A DNA stretch of 64,000 nucleotides from Octopus vulgaris (lineage: Eukaryota), in contig OX597815.1 in the NCBI GenBank assembly GCA_951406725.2, forward strand, positions 132,928,001-132,992,000. The letters are read 5' to 3'. A program made the position numbers and the translations under genes. Positions 12,899-28,200 of this stretch are shown here, one piece after another (within the stretch, counting starts at the first letter, position 1; every line of letters begins with the position of its first letter). The notes beneath the pieces are model-generated. The model was not told where the DNA came from and searched no databases. It saw nothing but the letters and a program-made list of their open reading frames with translations.

Positions 12899-13784
12899 AT
12901 AATATAACTAATTCCTCATCTCTTAAATATAGAACTAAACTTAAAATCTGCTTCTTATTAACTTGAAGACAGAACTACCTTCTGGTATTTTAGGAATAGT
13001 CGGATATCCACGTCAACTACTCAATTACTTATAACTTATTTAAATGTTTGAACCATCATTTTACAATTTTGAATTCGGTGATGAATGTGGTTGACTGTAA
13101 AGTCAATAGCACGTACTCTTTCATTACCAGGATATAATTTTAATTGCAATACAATTACAAAAGTGTGCACATAACCTTAACAAATATGTGTATTGAACAC
13201 GTTCGTACTTTTACATGAAAGACAGACAAATGAAAAACAACGTAAGACATGTCTGTATGATTAAGAATTTCACTCAGCAATTACGTGGTTGCGTGTAGAG
13301 TCTCGCGACGCGATACTCAGGGCAAGCATCTTCTAGTTGATTGTCACATTGAATAATGACTTGTGAAATCTGGTGGATGAGAACTGCTAGGAAGTTAGGT
13401 GTATACATTTGTGAGTGTATGTGTATGTGTGCGTACATATATGTCAATATTGGTTTATATTGACATATATGTAAATAGGGGAGTTCCTTTCAGTGTTTAC
13501 AGACGGGTGATACAAGACGGTTAAGCCATTCGATGAAAGAAAGTCGAAAGTCTATCACACGAGATAGTAGGAACGACATAATTGACTAAGACGTTTGAAG
13601 ACGATACTACAGCTTCTTAACTCTCATTAGCGAAACTACTGAAAAATAGGTAAGTATACGTACGCGCATCGGAACGAACACATACATATCTATATACATA
13701 CATACATACATACATACATACATACATACATACATACATACATACATACATACATACATACATACACACATACATTTACACATT

Positions 13785-13945
13785 GGCGCAGGGCAACGTA
13801 TGGTAACAATTTGCTTCCCAACCACATGGTTCCGGGATCAGTCTCACTGCGTGTCACCTTGGGTATGTATCTTTTACTATTGCCTTGGACCAACCAAAAT
13901 TTTATATAGTCATTAGGTAGACAGAAACTGAAAGAAGTCCGTCGT
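13785..13945 (+). mobile_element. SINE-B head
   Basis: CTTCCCAACCACATGGTTCCGGG...CACCTTGGG...GAAACTGAAAGAAG. Confidence 0.8.
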
Positions 13946-14053
13946 ACGTATGTGTATATATATGTATATTTAGAAGGCTAAAACAATGCGAAGCGCATTG
14001 TGACCAGCGATGTGTAGCAACATCTGATAGCCTGGTCGGTCATGGTGATCACG

Positions 14054-14117
<64 letters not shown>

Positions 14118-14187
14118 TACATAAGTATAAATATATATGTGTGTGTGTGTGTGTAAATATAATATGTGACAATTATTCGGTAGCCAT

Positions 14188-14248
14188 GATAAAACTCCGA
14201 GTTTCGGATGTCGGGGCGGAAACCCACGCCGGCATCTCTTCAGTTATC
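14188..14248 (-). ncRNA. Type I hammerhead motif (HH-F3)
   Basis: Minus strand reads GATAA-CTGAAGA-GATG(CCGGCGTGGGTTTCCGCCCCGA)CATCC-GAA-ACTCGGAGT-T-TTATC; perfect 5-bp stem I. Confidence 0.75.
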
Positions 14249-14431
14249 GGGCCATCGAAAAAATGCTATGTATATGTATATACTCATCCACCCTCACTTG
14301 AAACACACACATGCTCACCCACACATTTGCCGCGCTTGAGTGTGTATGTGTGTGCGAGCGTGTGTGGGTGAGCATGCGTGCATGCGCGAATGTATGAATA
14401 TATATGTGTGTGTGTATGTATATATGTATCG

Positions 14432-14467
<36 letters not shown>

Positions 14468-14469
<2 letters not shown>

Positions 14470-14617
14470 GCTTTCAGTTTCCGTCTACCAAATCCACTCA
14501 CAAGGCTTTTGTCAGCCCGAGGCTATAGTAGAAGACCCAAGGTGCCACGCAATGGGACTGAACCCGGAACCATGTGGTTGTAAGTAAGCTACATATCTCA
14601 CAGCCACTCCTGCGCCT
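14468..14617 (-). mobile_element. SINE-B head
   Basis: Reverse complement of GGCGCAGGAGTGGCTGTG...GGTAGACGGAAACTGAAAG. Confidence 0.85.
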
Positions 14618-15490
14618 ATAGAGAGACATTTCTCTTTTAAAGATTCTTATTTCTTCAAGAAAAAAGGTTTAGCATGATGAATCGGTGAATCCTTGCAAGT
14701 GAATTAGAGCTTTTTCAATTTGCAGGCTTCATATTTGCAGTGGGAAAATGTGGTGATAGTGCAAATGTGATTGTAATTCAGAATTTAGCATATTTCAGTT
14801 AATCCTATATTTCATTTTGTATGATACCACGGTATCTTAATATTATATCCTTCATGACACATTGCTATTTGCAATACTAATTTTGAAACGACTACGAGTT
14901 GCCAAAGGAAATATGATTAGAATGTAAATATAATAGGCACGGGGATGGCTGTGTTTTCAAGGCGACCCCAAGCTACGTGCATTTATACAACCTATTCTGA
15001 GCATGGTCCTATCGAAAGTTGTGTTTTACACACGAAAGGAAGACGGGAAAGAATGAGATAAAAAGAGTCACTTACTGTTCGAAAGTTGTTCGTCCTTCAC
15101 CTCACAGTCTTCTCTCAGAAGGTTTTTGTACAGTTTTTTAAAGAGGTATTTTTGAAATCTCCCTACTGCATCCGGGTAGAGAGATTTCAGTGAGTTGTAT
15201 GTGGTCTGTGTTATATATATGATTTTAATGTGATATGGTGGTCTTGTGCGTGGATTATTTGTTTTGGTATCGTTTTCTGTTATGTTGGTGTTTGACCTAA
15301 TGTATTCCATTGGGTCTGCATTGTTAGTGTTTATAGCTGTCAACATCGTGGGGCTATTTGGTGTTTATGTATTTGTGTTAATACTTTTGTTTTCTGCGGG
15401 TGTTTTGGTTTCGGGAGTGGTAGACCTCCCTGCTTTGTTTGTTTGCTTCTCTATTCTTTTTTCCTTCTTTTTCTCTTTTGCCCTGTGGCC

Positions 15491-15539
<49 letters not shown>

Positions 15540-15561
15540 TAGATAGATAGATAGATAGATC

Positions 15562-15636
<75 letters not shown>

Positions 15637-16310
15637 GGTTGATTTCAACAATAAACTTCAAATCAGAGGCCCAGCATGGCTGCAGTCTAATGACTGAAGC
15701 AAATATAAGATAAATTATAAATTTGTATCCTTCGAAATTAATACTGCAAACATAGTTTGTCAAGTCCAAAGAAATTTCAGGTATTCCTAAATGAGTAAAC
15801 TACAAAATGCTCGCTTGACTTCTCATTTCGGTCAATATTTTCCCGTGTGTTTATCAGCTAATTTTGTAAATAGTCTTAGAAATTATTCGAATAAAATGGT
15901 GCATTTCTATGCGCAGATCGCAATACAAATGAAGAGGTAGTTACTCAGCTGGGATCATCGCTTTTGATTCTTAAATTTTCCTGAAGCTGCGCCAGTAAAG
16001 TGATAGAAGACGCAGTATTTAATGAAAGTGAAATATTGCGGCTTTCATTAACATTAATAACAAATAGCAAATTCTTCTTGTTCATATTTTAAGATTGATC
16101 AGTTTGGTGAGGTCTCGTGATATTTCAAACGCCATTTTGAACAATAATACCGGTTTTAATTTTATATAAAGATGTGACAACGATAGACGAATATATATAC
16201 ACACATATATGTCTCTGTGCGTGCATATATATGTATATGTAAGTATACATGTGTGCGATCTGTGTGTGCATGCGTGTATGTATGTATACGCGCGTTTGTG
16301 TCTGTGTGTG

Positions 16311-16345
<35 letters not shown>

Positions 16346-18203
16346 ATGTGTGTGTGTTTGAGGGTGTATATATGTAAGTGTATGTATTTGTGTGTGTATG
16401 TTGCGTGTGTGTGTACGTGTATGGGTGTATGTGCGTGTACGTGTGTTTGTGTGTCTGCGTGTGTGTACGTGCATATATTTGTGTATACGCGCGTTTGTGT
16501 CTGAGTGTATATATGTGTATATGTGTGTGTACGTGTGTATACGTGTGTGTGTGTGTGTGTGTGAGTGCGTGCGTGTGCGTGCATTATAAACGCAGGCATT
16601 TGAGAATTTCATATTCTTGATGTTTGACATTTTGACATAAAGATAGAAACCTCTGGCTCATCCAACTAATACAGAAGAATAAAGAAACTCTTGGGAAAGA
16701 TTTGACCAAATTATTTGCCTGAAATCGCTAACATTTCGTGAGCTACGTCATCTACAATTAAAAAAGTCTTAATTTCAATATATTCATTCGAATAGAAAAT
16801 CCGAGTTATATATTTAGAGTATTTAATTACGCCAAATTGGGTCTAATTATTTTTTAAATACTTTTAAGCAAGAGAGATTTAAATTGTGATTCACAATAAT
16901 ATAATTTTGTTAAAATGGAATACGTGATATAATTTGTATTAATGGAATCCTTTAACTGCCTAATTAGCCAAGTCAAATTCATCAATAGATACAATGATGA
17001 TCTTTCCAGATGAAGAAATTGCGAACCTTAACAATAAAGTAAGGAGTTAGATGAGATTCTTTCTTCTGTCAGATATGTTAAATGAATATATTAATTATAA
17101 ATCTATAGAAATTTTTCTCAATTAAAAATGATATATGATATAATATTTCATAGAACCAACAATATTTGAATTATCCTCGTTTTTACCTTCGGTCACAGTG
17201 TCGAGAACACTGCATGTGTTTAAGATTTTTCAAATGTTCTTACTTGGTCAACATATACTCTGAAATTTCAATAGCTTTTTGAATTACAGAATTACATAAG
17301 AGGCCACATTTTCATACACTTCCTGTCTAGAAACCAGTAGCATTATGTTTATAATGCATATTCGGTATATTTATAAATGTTTAGTATTTTTTAAAGATAT
17401 TCTGAAAGACTAAAGTAAAATACAAACGATCGTGTTGTGTTTTCTATGAGGACAAATTCCGATATTCTGGACTTTCTGTCTGTAAACCTAATCCTTTCGA
17501 AAAATAAATAATGAAGACTATAGTTTACAAGCGATAGCAATTCGTCTTGAATGCATAAAGTTTTGATCGATAGTTGTTTAACCTATCCTTAAAAATCTGT
17601 CTTTGTATATAACATTAATGTATTTCCTTTGTGCACTTGCAACTCAGAAAACTTTCTCCGATCTAAAAATGTGTTCTATATATTTTTCTCTTACAGAATC
17701 ACACAAACGATCAATGTAGATAATGTAATTGCAAAAATATTTTAAATCATTTTAAAAGGTTTTCTTGCTGTTTTGATTCTACTAACAAATAACTCTTTCA
17801 AAACTTTTTTCTGTCTCAAATCAAACAAACAGTAATTCCAAATATAGGCGAGACAGAAACACATTTCAGAAAAAGAGTTAAAATCTATTGAAATGTGATT
17901 TTCAGGAAATATAGTTCTTATACATGATGCCATCTAATAGAAAAGATACGCTTTTGGTAATATCAGCGAAATAAACATTGTTATCAATGGAGGTAAAATA
18001 TATGAAAACAACTTTCCGGTCTGTTAACCTCATCCACTTTGATTTATATCACTTATGGAAATTGTATTCGATAATGGTCTATATTTTCCCTTTTCAAACA
18101 CAAAACATATTCACCCGTTCCTGACCTCTCTAGTTTAAGTTTTCCGATCGTCTTTTCTGATTTTAAGGGGCAGGACATGATCTACCTTATTAGAACTTCC
18201 GAA

Positions 18204-18252
<49 letters not shown>

Positions 18253-18261
18253 TATACATAC

Positions 18262-18319
<58 letters not shown>

Positions 18320-18323
18320 CATA

Positions 18324-18423
<100 letters not shown>

Positions 18424-18687
18424 GTATATATAACTGAACTTTAAATCATTAATATATACCAACAGCAGAACATTAAAAGTAAATCTGAATTAAGCAGTAT
18501 TTTATGAATTAGCTTTTTATATTTTTAACACGACTGACGTATTTATTTTTAATAATATATTGCTTTTCTAAACGATCAAATATGCTCACCAGAGTTCCAG
18601 TTCACTTAGTAACACGCAGTTACAGTATAAGTTATTAATATTAAAATATCTACTATCACTAAAACTAATCTAACAAATAAAGGAAAA

Positions 18688-18736
<49 letters not shown>

Positions 18737-18749
18737 TAGATAGATAGAG

Positions 18750-19348
<599 letters not shown>

Positions 19349-19709
19349 TAATTAAATGCCACATACATGTGTATGTATGTGTGTATATTTATATGTTTAT
19401 ACTTATACACGCATATATAAGTGTATGTATGCATATAAGTATGTATGTGTATATGTATTTATAAATATTCTGGTTTGCTTAATAGGTTTCTAGTGTACCT
19501 ACGTACATTGATCATGCGCTGAATGAAGAACTCTTTTCCGATAATAAGTAAATAAAATAATTTTTTTAATCACTGCTTACCTCGACGCTTCACCGAACCT
19601 GGCTGATCAAAGAATTGATGCTAGTTTCGGCGAAATTCGGGGTTACCAGTCATTACCAGTAATAAATGTAATAAATAGGTGCACACGCACACACACGCAT
19701 ATACATAAC

Positions 19710-19766
<57 letters not shown>

Positions 19767-19994
19767 TATATAAGAAAAAGAATGACAAAAGTAAAAGATA
19801 GTTATGTTAGTTATGTTATGAAATACATTAGCTTTCAGTTGTTTCTGCTATTAGATGCTGCGTACTTTGAGTCAATAGCATAATCATCTTTTTCATTTCT
19901 CATCTCCTTTTCTTATTACCACTCTATACTCGTCTAACACTTCGTTCTGAAGCATACATACGCAGTGTTTATTAGACTCACGATACCAAGACAG

Positions 19995-20270
19995 TATACC
20001 TAAATGATTTGGCGCACCTGCGATATCATACCTGTCATATTCTTAACCAATCTGAATTCACCCATGGCAACATCATTAAGCTGTTGCCTAGGAACATTCT
20101 TTAATCGGAGTTTCCGGGATCCTCGACAATTACTTCCATATTTTAGTTCACTATTGAACAGATATTTGGAGATCATAGTTTCTTCTGCGCAGACCACATG
20201 ACTCATTCACCACATCTGCGAGTCCAACACAATACATTTAGCACTAAACATTCTTGCGCGCCCAAATACA
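19995..20270 (-). mobile_element. RTE LINE fragment
   Basis: SHVVCAEETMISKYLFNSELKYGSNCRGSRKLRLK resembles the RTE GHVVRM...PKQLFYGEL...G.R.RG motif. Confidence 0.75.
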
Positions 20271-21240
20271 GAAAAACAGCCGACATCTGATGAAGAGTCG
20301 TTCTTTATCTTGCTTGTCTTATTTTCCATTTGTTTCTTTCGTTGTTCGCAAAAACAAAGTTCGTATTCCATGCTTTCGTATTTCGTCTTTCATGTTGTTT
20401 ACGTTCTGTGACATCCTGTGCCCATATATCCATATGTATATGTATATGCAAGTAGTACATATATGTATGTATATATGCATATATATATATGTGTGCGTGT
20501 GTGTGTGTGTGTGTATTATTTATACTATCATATGATTGAACACCACGCATCCATTTCCAAGGAAGTTTTATCTTAATAATTTCTATGCGACCCTTATTTT
20601 TATATTTCTCACTCTTTCTATTTATTTTTGTCTTTCCCTCTCCCCTTTCGTTCTCCTCTATTCCTTTCTCTAATTCTTTTTCTCTCCTCTTCCCTTTCCT
20701 TTATTGCTCTCTAATTCTTTCTCTGTCCTCTCCCTTTCGCCGTTCTCTGTTTGTCCCTTTCTCCCTCACTCTCCTTCCTCTGTTCTCTCTCATTGCTCGC
20801 ACGTGACCATCGGTCATCTTTCTTTTCCTAACTTGAGTTTCTTCCTTTCCGATCAGCCGCAGAAACCAGACACATTCTTGTGTGTCTCCTGGCAGAGCTT
20901 GTTCCTCCAGCGTTCGCCACCTCACATCGTTTAGGCTTAGGAACCCTTCATGATTATTTTCACTGTCCTGTTTTTGTTAACAACTTTGACCCTCTACAAA
21001 ATTCCAAATTTTATTTAATTTGCTTTGCGGGAGCAACTGCTTTGTCGAAAGTGTAGCTTACTATGAATTGCTCGAAATACGGAATAGAAAAACAGCCGAC
21101 AACTGACGACGGATCATTATTTATGTTGCTTGTCTTGTTTTCCATTTGTTTCTTTCGATGATCGCAAAAAAAAATCGTATTCCATGTTTTCGTATTTCGT
21201 ATTTCATGTGTTGTTTACGTTCTGTGATGTCCTGTGCCCA
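20270..21240 (+). repeat. Repeat with duplicated ~155-bp terminal segments (20270-20425 and 21085-21240), Penelope-end-like
   Basis: GAAAAACAGCCGACA.CTGA.GA...GTTTACGTTCTGTGA..TCCTGTGCCCAT occurs twice. Confidence 0.6.
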
Positions 21241-21298
21241 TGCATGCATATGTATATACATGTATATGTAAGTATGTACATATGTGTATGTATATATG

Positions 21299-21870
<572 letters not shown>

Positions 21871-21899
21871 TTAGCTCTTATTTCTAGCAGTCTAGGAGG

Positions 21900-23435
21900 T
21901 TCTAACAACCTTTATTCATATTTAATAACAATGATAGCATGTTGGGAAGTTTACCACACGCAAGGAAACTCTGAAAGAGTATCTGCAGTGACTTTGCAAG
22001 TGCCTTTTTATATGTCTTTAAGAGAACACCCGGGAGTCCATCTGGGCCCGTTGCTGAGTTTGATCGCATGTATGACCGATGTTGTGTTGATGTGATCAAT
22101 GGTTGCCTCTTTTCCGAATAGATTCGTTACATTGAAAACACCTCAGGTTTGTTTATTTGCATATTTTCCAGGGGAGAAGTGAAAAGACTTCGAGATTGTT
22201 TATTTAGTGCTCCACTTACCTTCCCCGGGTCTGCAGTTAGTGATCCGTTTTTACCAAATAGTAGCCCTATCTTATAGCATACTGAGGCAGACTCCTTTGC
22301 CAACGAGTAGAAGGGTTTAGAATTTCTTTTTATACCTTCGACTGCCCAGGTTTCTCTTTCTTCTCTTTCTTTTTCATGGGGGATTTTGATTTGATTTTCA
22401 ATCTCGAAGAGCTTCTTTGTCAGGTGAAAAGTCACACTGTCATTGACGTGTTTGTTTAAACCATTCGAGAACTTTATTCTCCGCTGCATGAGTATTCTCC
22501 TGTCTCCTGATGTTTTGTGTGTGTAGTGGCTTTCATGTCTGGAACATATTTAATGCATATGGCTCGCATTAATGACATGGATTTATTGAGTTTCATATCT
22601 ATGTCTTGCATAGTGAGGCTTTTAGGTCAGTCCTGCTAGAGCATCTGTTTTTCAAGTGATTTAGGCCAGATAGGGTTTGAGCACCATCTGTGCTGAGTTA
22701 ATGTTTAGTTAATTCCAGGCCATATATTGTCAGTTCTATCATGTTATGTCCGAGAATATTGTTGGTGATATATTTACGTTGTGGATAATTTCCACATTGT
22801 TTGTAAAACAGAGGACCAGGATATTTTTGTGCCTGGTTGGAGAGAGCATGCTCTGATCCATGAAAAGCATTTTTGTAAGATCAAGTAAAGATTCTGCTTG
22901 ACTTCGCTCTTTGTGCATTATACTCGGAGTTATGTTGCTCTCAGGTCACCTGATGTTGGGGAAGTTGAAGTCACTCATCAGGAATACAGCAGTATATACG
23001 TTGATCTAATTGTGTTAGTACTTCCTTTATTGCAACGAGGCTTTCCTTAGATGTTCTATCATGATTTGAGGCATCAGGTGGGTGATATAATGTGCATATC
23101 CCTATATCAAGTTGCTTTAAATGTACTATGAGTGTGTCAAACACCGAGTTCGAGTTCGATAACAGGGTTGATGATGTGACATTTTCACGGATGTACATTG
23201 CAACTCCACCGTGACTTCTTTTTCTTCTGTCCGTACAGAAGACAGAATACATTGATATGTGTATCTCCGCATTATTTATGTCTGCAGACAGATGTGTTTC
23301 TGTATGTGCAATGCATACAGCTTGATTGCATGCATAAAGATTCTTCAGGAGCGCAATTTCGCATTTGCTGTTGTTCTGTAGCAGGCCTCTTATATTTATT
23401 AGTAGAAATAGCGTTGGTGTTGGTGTGATGGATGG
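21900..23435 (-). mobile_element. CR1-type LINE relic (APE endonuclease to start of RT)
   Basis: INIRGL...TETHL...DRRKRSHGGVAMYIRE; ATGPDGLPGVLLK; same family as 41190-42955. Confidence 0.85.
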
Positions 23436-23445
23436 CTGTATATAG

Positions 23446-23845
23446 TAGGAGCACCAGTGGCTGTGTGGTAAGAAGCTTGCTTCCCAACCATATAGTCCCG
23501 GCCTCAGTCCCACTGCGTGGCACCTTGGGCAAGTGCCTTCTACTATAGCTTCGGGCCGACCAAAACCTTGTGAGTGGATTTGGTAGATGGAAACTGAAAG
23601 AAGCGCGTCGTATATGTGTGCATGTGTGTGTGTATGTATGTATTTATGTGTGTGTCTCTGTGTTTGTCTCCCCCGCCCATCGCTTGACAACTGATGCTGC
23701 TGTGTTTATGTCCCCGTAAGTTAGCGGCTTGGTAAAAGACCCCGATAGAATAAGTACTAGGCTTACAAAGAATAAGTACTGGGGTCGATTTGTTCGACTA
23801 AAAGGCAGTTTTCCAGCATGGCCGCAGTCAAAGATTGAAACAAGT
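23446..23845 (+). mobile_element. SINE-B, full length, with internal (TG/TA)n
   Basis: tRNA-like head, CORE-like CACCTTGGGCAAGTG, internal microsatellite, tail ending CCAGCATGGCCGCAGTCAA...GAAACAAG. Confidence 0.9.
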
Positions 23846-24058
23846 TGTTTCAAGTTCCCAAGAGTCTGGGTGTTTAATGGATAAGGTATGTAATTGAGAG
23901 ATACATTCTCATCTTCTTAGGAAATTCAATAGTAAATTTTTTAAACTTAGATCGATCTTAGAATTTGAAATTCAATTAGTCCTGTAGTATGAAAAAGAAA
24001 CAGTATCCAACAATACACACACATTATATAAGCATATGTATGTATGTATGTACATAAG

Positions 24059-24089
<31 letters not shown>

Positions 24090-24124
24090 GAGTGTATTTT
24101 ACCTTGTTAACTCCATTTTTTATT

Positions 24125-24189
<65 letters not shown>

Positions 24190-24446
24190 CTTGATGCAGT
24201 TTCCTTTTGTCATACAGTAGGACCTAATTAAATTTTATGAGTGACACAAGCTTAAAAAATTGTTATTGAATATATTGAGAACATGATGAGAATACAACTC
24301 ACAGTTACATACCTTATCCATTAAATACTCAGACACTTGGGAACTCGAAAGAACATAGTGCGTAGGAAAAATTTACGTATGTAATTATGCAAGTTCCTCT
24401 CTGTACAGAATAACGTTACTAATTTTGTTATAAGATCTCTTTCGTT

Positions 24447-24660
24447 AACGGGAAAACATTATTACGCATCATAAGTTCCAAAATCTGTACAAGAGAAAAC
24501 AGAAAAGGAAAAATACTCTTAAAGGGAAAATATTATTATGCATCATATATTCCTAAATCTATACAAGCTGAGATAGAAATAGAAGAGTTTTCTTTAGTTA
24601 AAGGAAAAAGTGTTATTATGCATGTGTAGGTCTTAAATTTACACAAGCAAAAACAGAAAA
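24447..24660. repeat. Degenerate minisatellite, about 3 copies of 75-80 bp
   Basis: Repeated GGAAAA.ATTATTA.GCATCAT....CC.AAATCT.TACAAG...A.AGAAA. Confidence 0.7.
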
Positions 24661-24831
24661 TCAATGTGAAACACCTCGAAATGAAGAATGCTCCAGTTCT
24701 GTATCGCCCCCAAAAACGTATATATTAAAAATTAATGCATGAAGAAAAAATTATGTGTCAGAGAATTTCAAATGATTGTGAAGCGGAAAACTTTTTACAG
24801 TGTTGGATAGAATGCCTCCCGGCATTTTTTC

Positions 24832-25249
24832 TAACTCTCTGCGCACTGGTTTCAAATCCTGCTGAGTTTAGTTGTGCAATTTATTCTTTTTGGGAGGAGA
24901 TAAAAAAGTATGAATCTAAACAGTAGTGTGAAGTACGGAAACTGTTAGAGCGTCGGACTGTTTATATTACTGTATTTGGTTCAGCACTTCGTGCTGTGAT
25001 TTCAAATCTCGCTGTGGCTACTTAGGTGGTACATATAATCCTCACTGCGTTTCACACCACCACCTGGTCCCATGGTTGCTTTTAGCAGAGTGCAGTCAAT
25101 TGCAAACATTCAAGCCAAGTTTCTGATTTAAGGGCACATTCATGCCTCCGTTTCAACAGTCCCGGAGGCTGTCTTGACTAAAGCAGTTAAAGAATGTGAT
25201 GGTACCGGGGATTCCATAAAGTATATCACTTAATAATTATGCTAATCGT
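24832..25249. repeat. Left arm of an inverted duplication (partner 28726-29163)
   Basis: Reverse-complement colinear match over ~420 bp. Confidence 0.9.
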
Positions 25250-25830
25250 TTCTGCTATAGAGACAAGGAGCTAATCGATTCCATCACAACCATTATTTGA
25301 CTGGTGCTTATTTCATCGACCCAGAGAGGATAAAGGCAGTCGACCTCGGCGAAATTGAAATCAGAACGCTTATTAATATCAATTAATATCGGTTTCAAAT
25401 TTTGGCACAAGGCCAGGAAATTCGGTCCAGGTAATTCGATCCCATCGTGCTCACGACTCAATCGGTACTTATGTTATCGACTTCGATTGGATGAAAGGCA
25501 AAGCCAACCTCGGTGGAATTTTATCTCAGAACGTAGCGACGGACGAAATGCTGCTGAACGTTTCACCCAGCGTTCCAACGATTTTTCCAGCTCCCTACCT
25601 TAACATAAATTGATAATGGTTTCAACTTTTTGCACAACGCTAGCAATTTTTACAGTCAGGTTAAGTTGGCTATATCGATCACAGTACTTAACTGGTATTT
25701 AGTTTATCAACCCCAAAAGGATAAAAGGATGAAAGGATTAAATGTCACCTCGCTAACATTTGAATTCGGAATGTATAGACAGACGGAATGCCGCTAAGCG
25801 TGTTAACGATTCTGTCACCTTGCTGCCTTG
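25250..25830 (-). mobile_element. Cluster of three degenerate SINE-A copies
   Basis: Three ATCGAC...GGAT.AAAGG cores at ~25315, ~25477 and ~25706. Confidence 0.75.
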
Positions 25831-27072
25831 TTATCAATTGATATTGATGTTAAGATGTTTGTTGCAAGTGATAGTTATCGCGTAGATTATTCTTGACTAT
25901 TTCCCGAATTTCTTTGATTAGGCAATTTTTTAAATCTTTTTCGATATAGCATTATGTCTTATAGTTGTATTTATCAAATCATTTAAATATTTAATCATCA
26001 TTTTCAAAGAACAAACTCTACGGAAGATTTAAGCCATCTTTCCTGAAATATCTAAATCTTCCTTTGAAAGAAAACTTTTCCCGATTAGATATTCGTGAAT
26101 ACCCTAAGAGATAAATGTTCTTTACAAATTTATTAAGAATATAGAACATTATTATACATTTACATAACGTCTGTCTTGACAAAAGCATAATTCAAATAAC
26201 GCATCGTATTCCCTGAAATAAACAATAAAACTTATTCCTTTTTACCTTTCATGCTACATCATTCAAAACCATTAAAACTTTTGGCATCTTCGCAAAAATA
26301 CTGCCGTCAATTGTTATATTCTAATAAAGAGATTTAAATCCTTTTATCTCTTGTATTTTAAAACGCCTCTGATTAAACATATTTTACACACTTTCAAACA
26401 ATTACACGCATATGCAATCGAATATCCACTAAACTAAGATGTAAATATTAAAAATATTCAAAATATCACAGAACCATGGGTGACATGCTTGAAGACTACA
26501 TTTTTAGAAAATTCCCTTTGAAATATTTTAAACAATTTCATTATAATGTAAAATAATGTAAAATCGTGGTATTATTTTGATAATGTAATTCCATCTCGTA
26601 TATTTTCACTATTGTTTAATATTGTCATCTATTGTTTTAATCGAATATTCAGTGACATTAAGCAAGGACCTATATGATGTTAATGAGAATTTTAGAAACG
26701 TTTTCATTTGTTACAATTCAATCATTCTTAATGAAATCCAGAAAATATTGTTTCATAAAATATATGACAGTTATTGTCATTCTAGTTTAAAATAAATAAC
26801 CTGTCATCTTATTTACTTTGATGATAAAATATAAGCACTGTGAGGGAAATATAATTTTGTTTTCTTTAAGCAAGATAAAGACAGTTTTAAATAATATTCT
26901 AGCGCCAAAACAAACAAAAAAAAAACGGACAAAATATCAGATTTTATCAGAACAAAAATGTTACCTGTATGTAATGGAAATATTTAATGATGTTCCCTCT
27001 ACAAACCCCGCTGTGTTTTTATATTTCTGATAAGTATAAGACCGTAAAGCTATTTTTTGTTTATTCTCTCAG

Positions 27073-27125
27073 TTACAAAACCGCTCGCGTATTGCTGAAA
27101 AACCCAATTTACCAAAATTGTATTT
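27073..27125 (+). CDS. Candidate 53-nt host exon
   Basis: Strong acceptor ttttttgtttattctctcag and consensus donor gtaagt; open frame LQNRSRIAEKPNLPKLY. Confidence 0.35.
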
Positions 27126-28200
27126 GTAAGTATTTTGAGATACTGACAATTTTCAATAAAACAACAAATCGCTTTATTGAAACTAGTTGTGGCTATATAG
27201 TTGATGGCGTTAACAAAATAATGCTTTATAACATATGGATTTTAGTGTTGTATAGACGGTGTTGTATACATAAATAGACAAAAGATAATATCTTTTCTAT
27301 TTACCAATGAACGAGCCGTACACATTATCATCACAAAATGGAATTGGTTTTTATACAAACTTATCGTCCATATATTCTGTTGGAATGAATCTGTAAATTA
27401 TTTATATATATTTATCATAAACATACTGTTATAGATTTCTCGTATATCGCCTTCCTATATAGAAAATAATATTTCTTTATATGGAAAACATTAATGTAGC
27501 TCATGAAATGAAGCGAAACGAAACTCTGAGAAAACTATATAAAGAACTACTTAAAGTATTTTAACGTTTTACTGTCTGTGAGATTCCTGAATTATTTCAA
27601 ATTAAAGAACAGTTTTTCTTTGTTTGAGAAACTTGGCAGCTATATAACCCTGAGCTGTTAATATCACTATTTTGTCAACAAAGAAAACTGCAAAATCAAA
27701 CAGACAGCTGTCACGATGAAATCTCAAGTCGCAAGTTAATGAGCCAAATAGCCAAATAGAAATTTTAAATTATTTCTCGTTTGCAAACATAATTGCGTTT
27801 TATATATACCTGCTTAAACAATGGAATCATCTATCACTTACAAGGTATTTATTTTGTGGCAGAAATGCAAATATAATATATAATGTTATGTATTCTCAAT
27901 AAAGTGATGGCTTAAGGGATTTCTTCATTTTATGCCACGAAGCAAATGATTTCATAGAATTAAATTTTGACATCTTTATGGTACTGTCATAAAATACTTA
28001 GTAAATATGGTGATTATATAACGTTAGCATACAATAATTCGAGTCAGTAGTGTACTGTCATCTGACCTAAAGATTTTTGTTACTGCATCAATAAAAATTG
28101 TACAAATCGTTATCAAATGCAATATAAGTAATGTAAAAAAATGAAGACATATTTAAATTAAGCAACACAGAGACAGTAATATTTTAATATGAAAGAATTC

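Noticed and set aside
20280-21120. CTGATGA (20287) and CTGACGA (21103) as hammerhead cores
   Set aside because: No stem II followed by GAAA could be built
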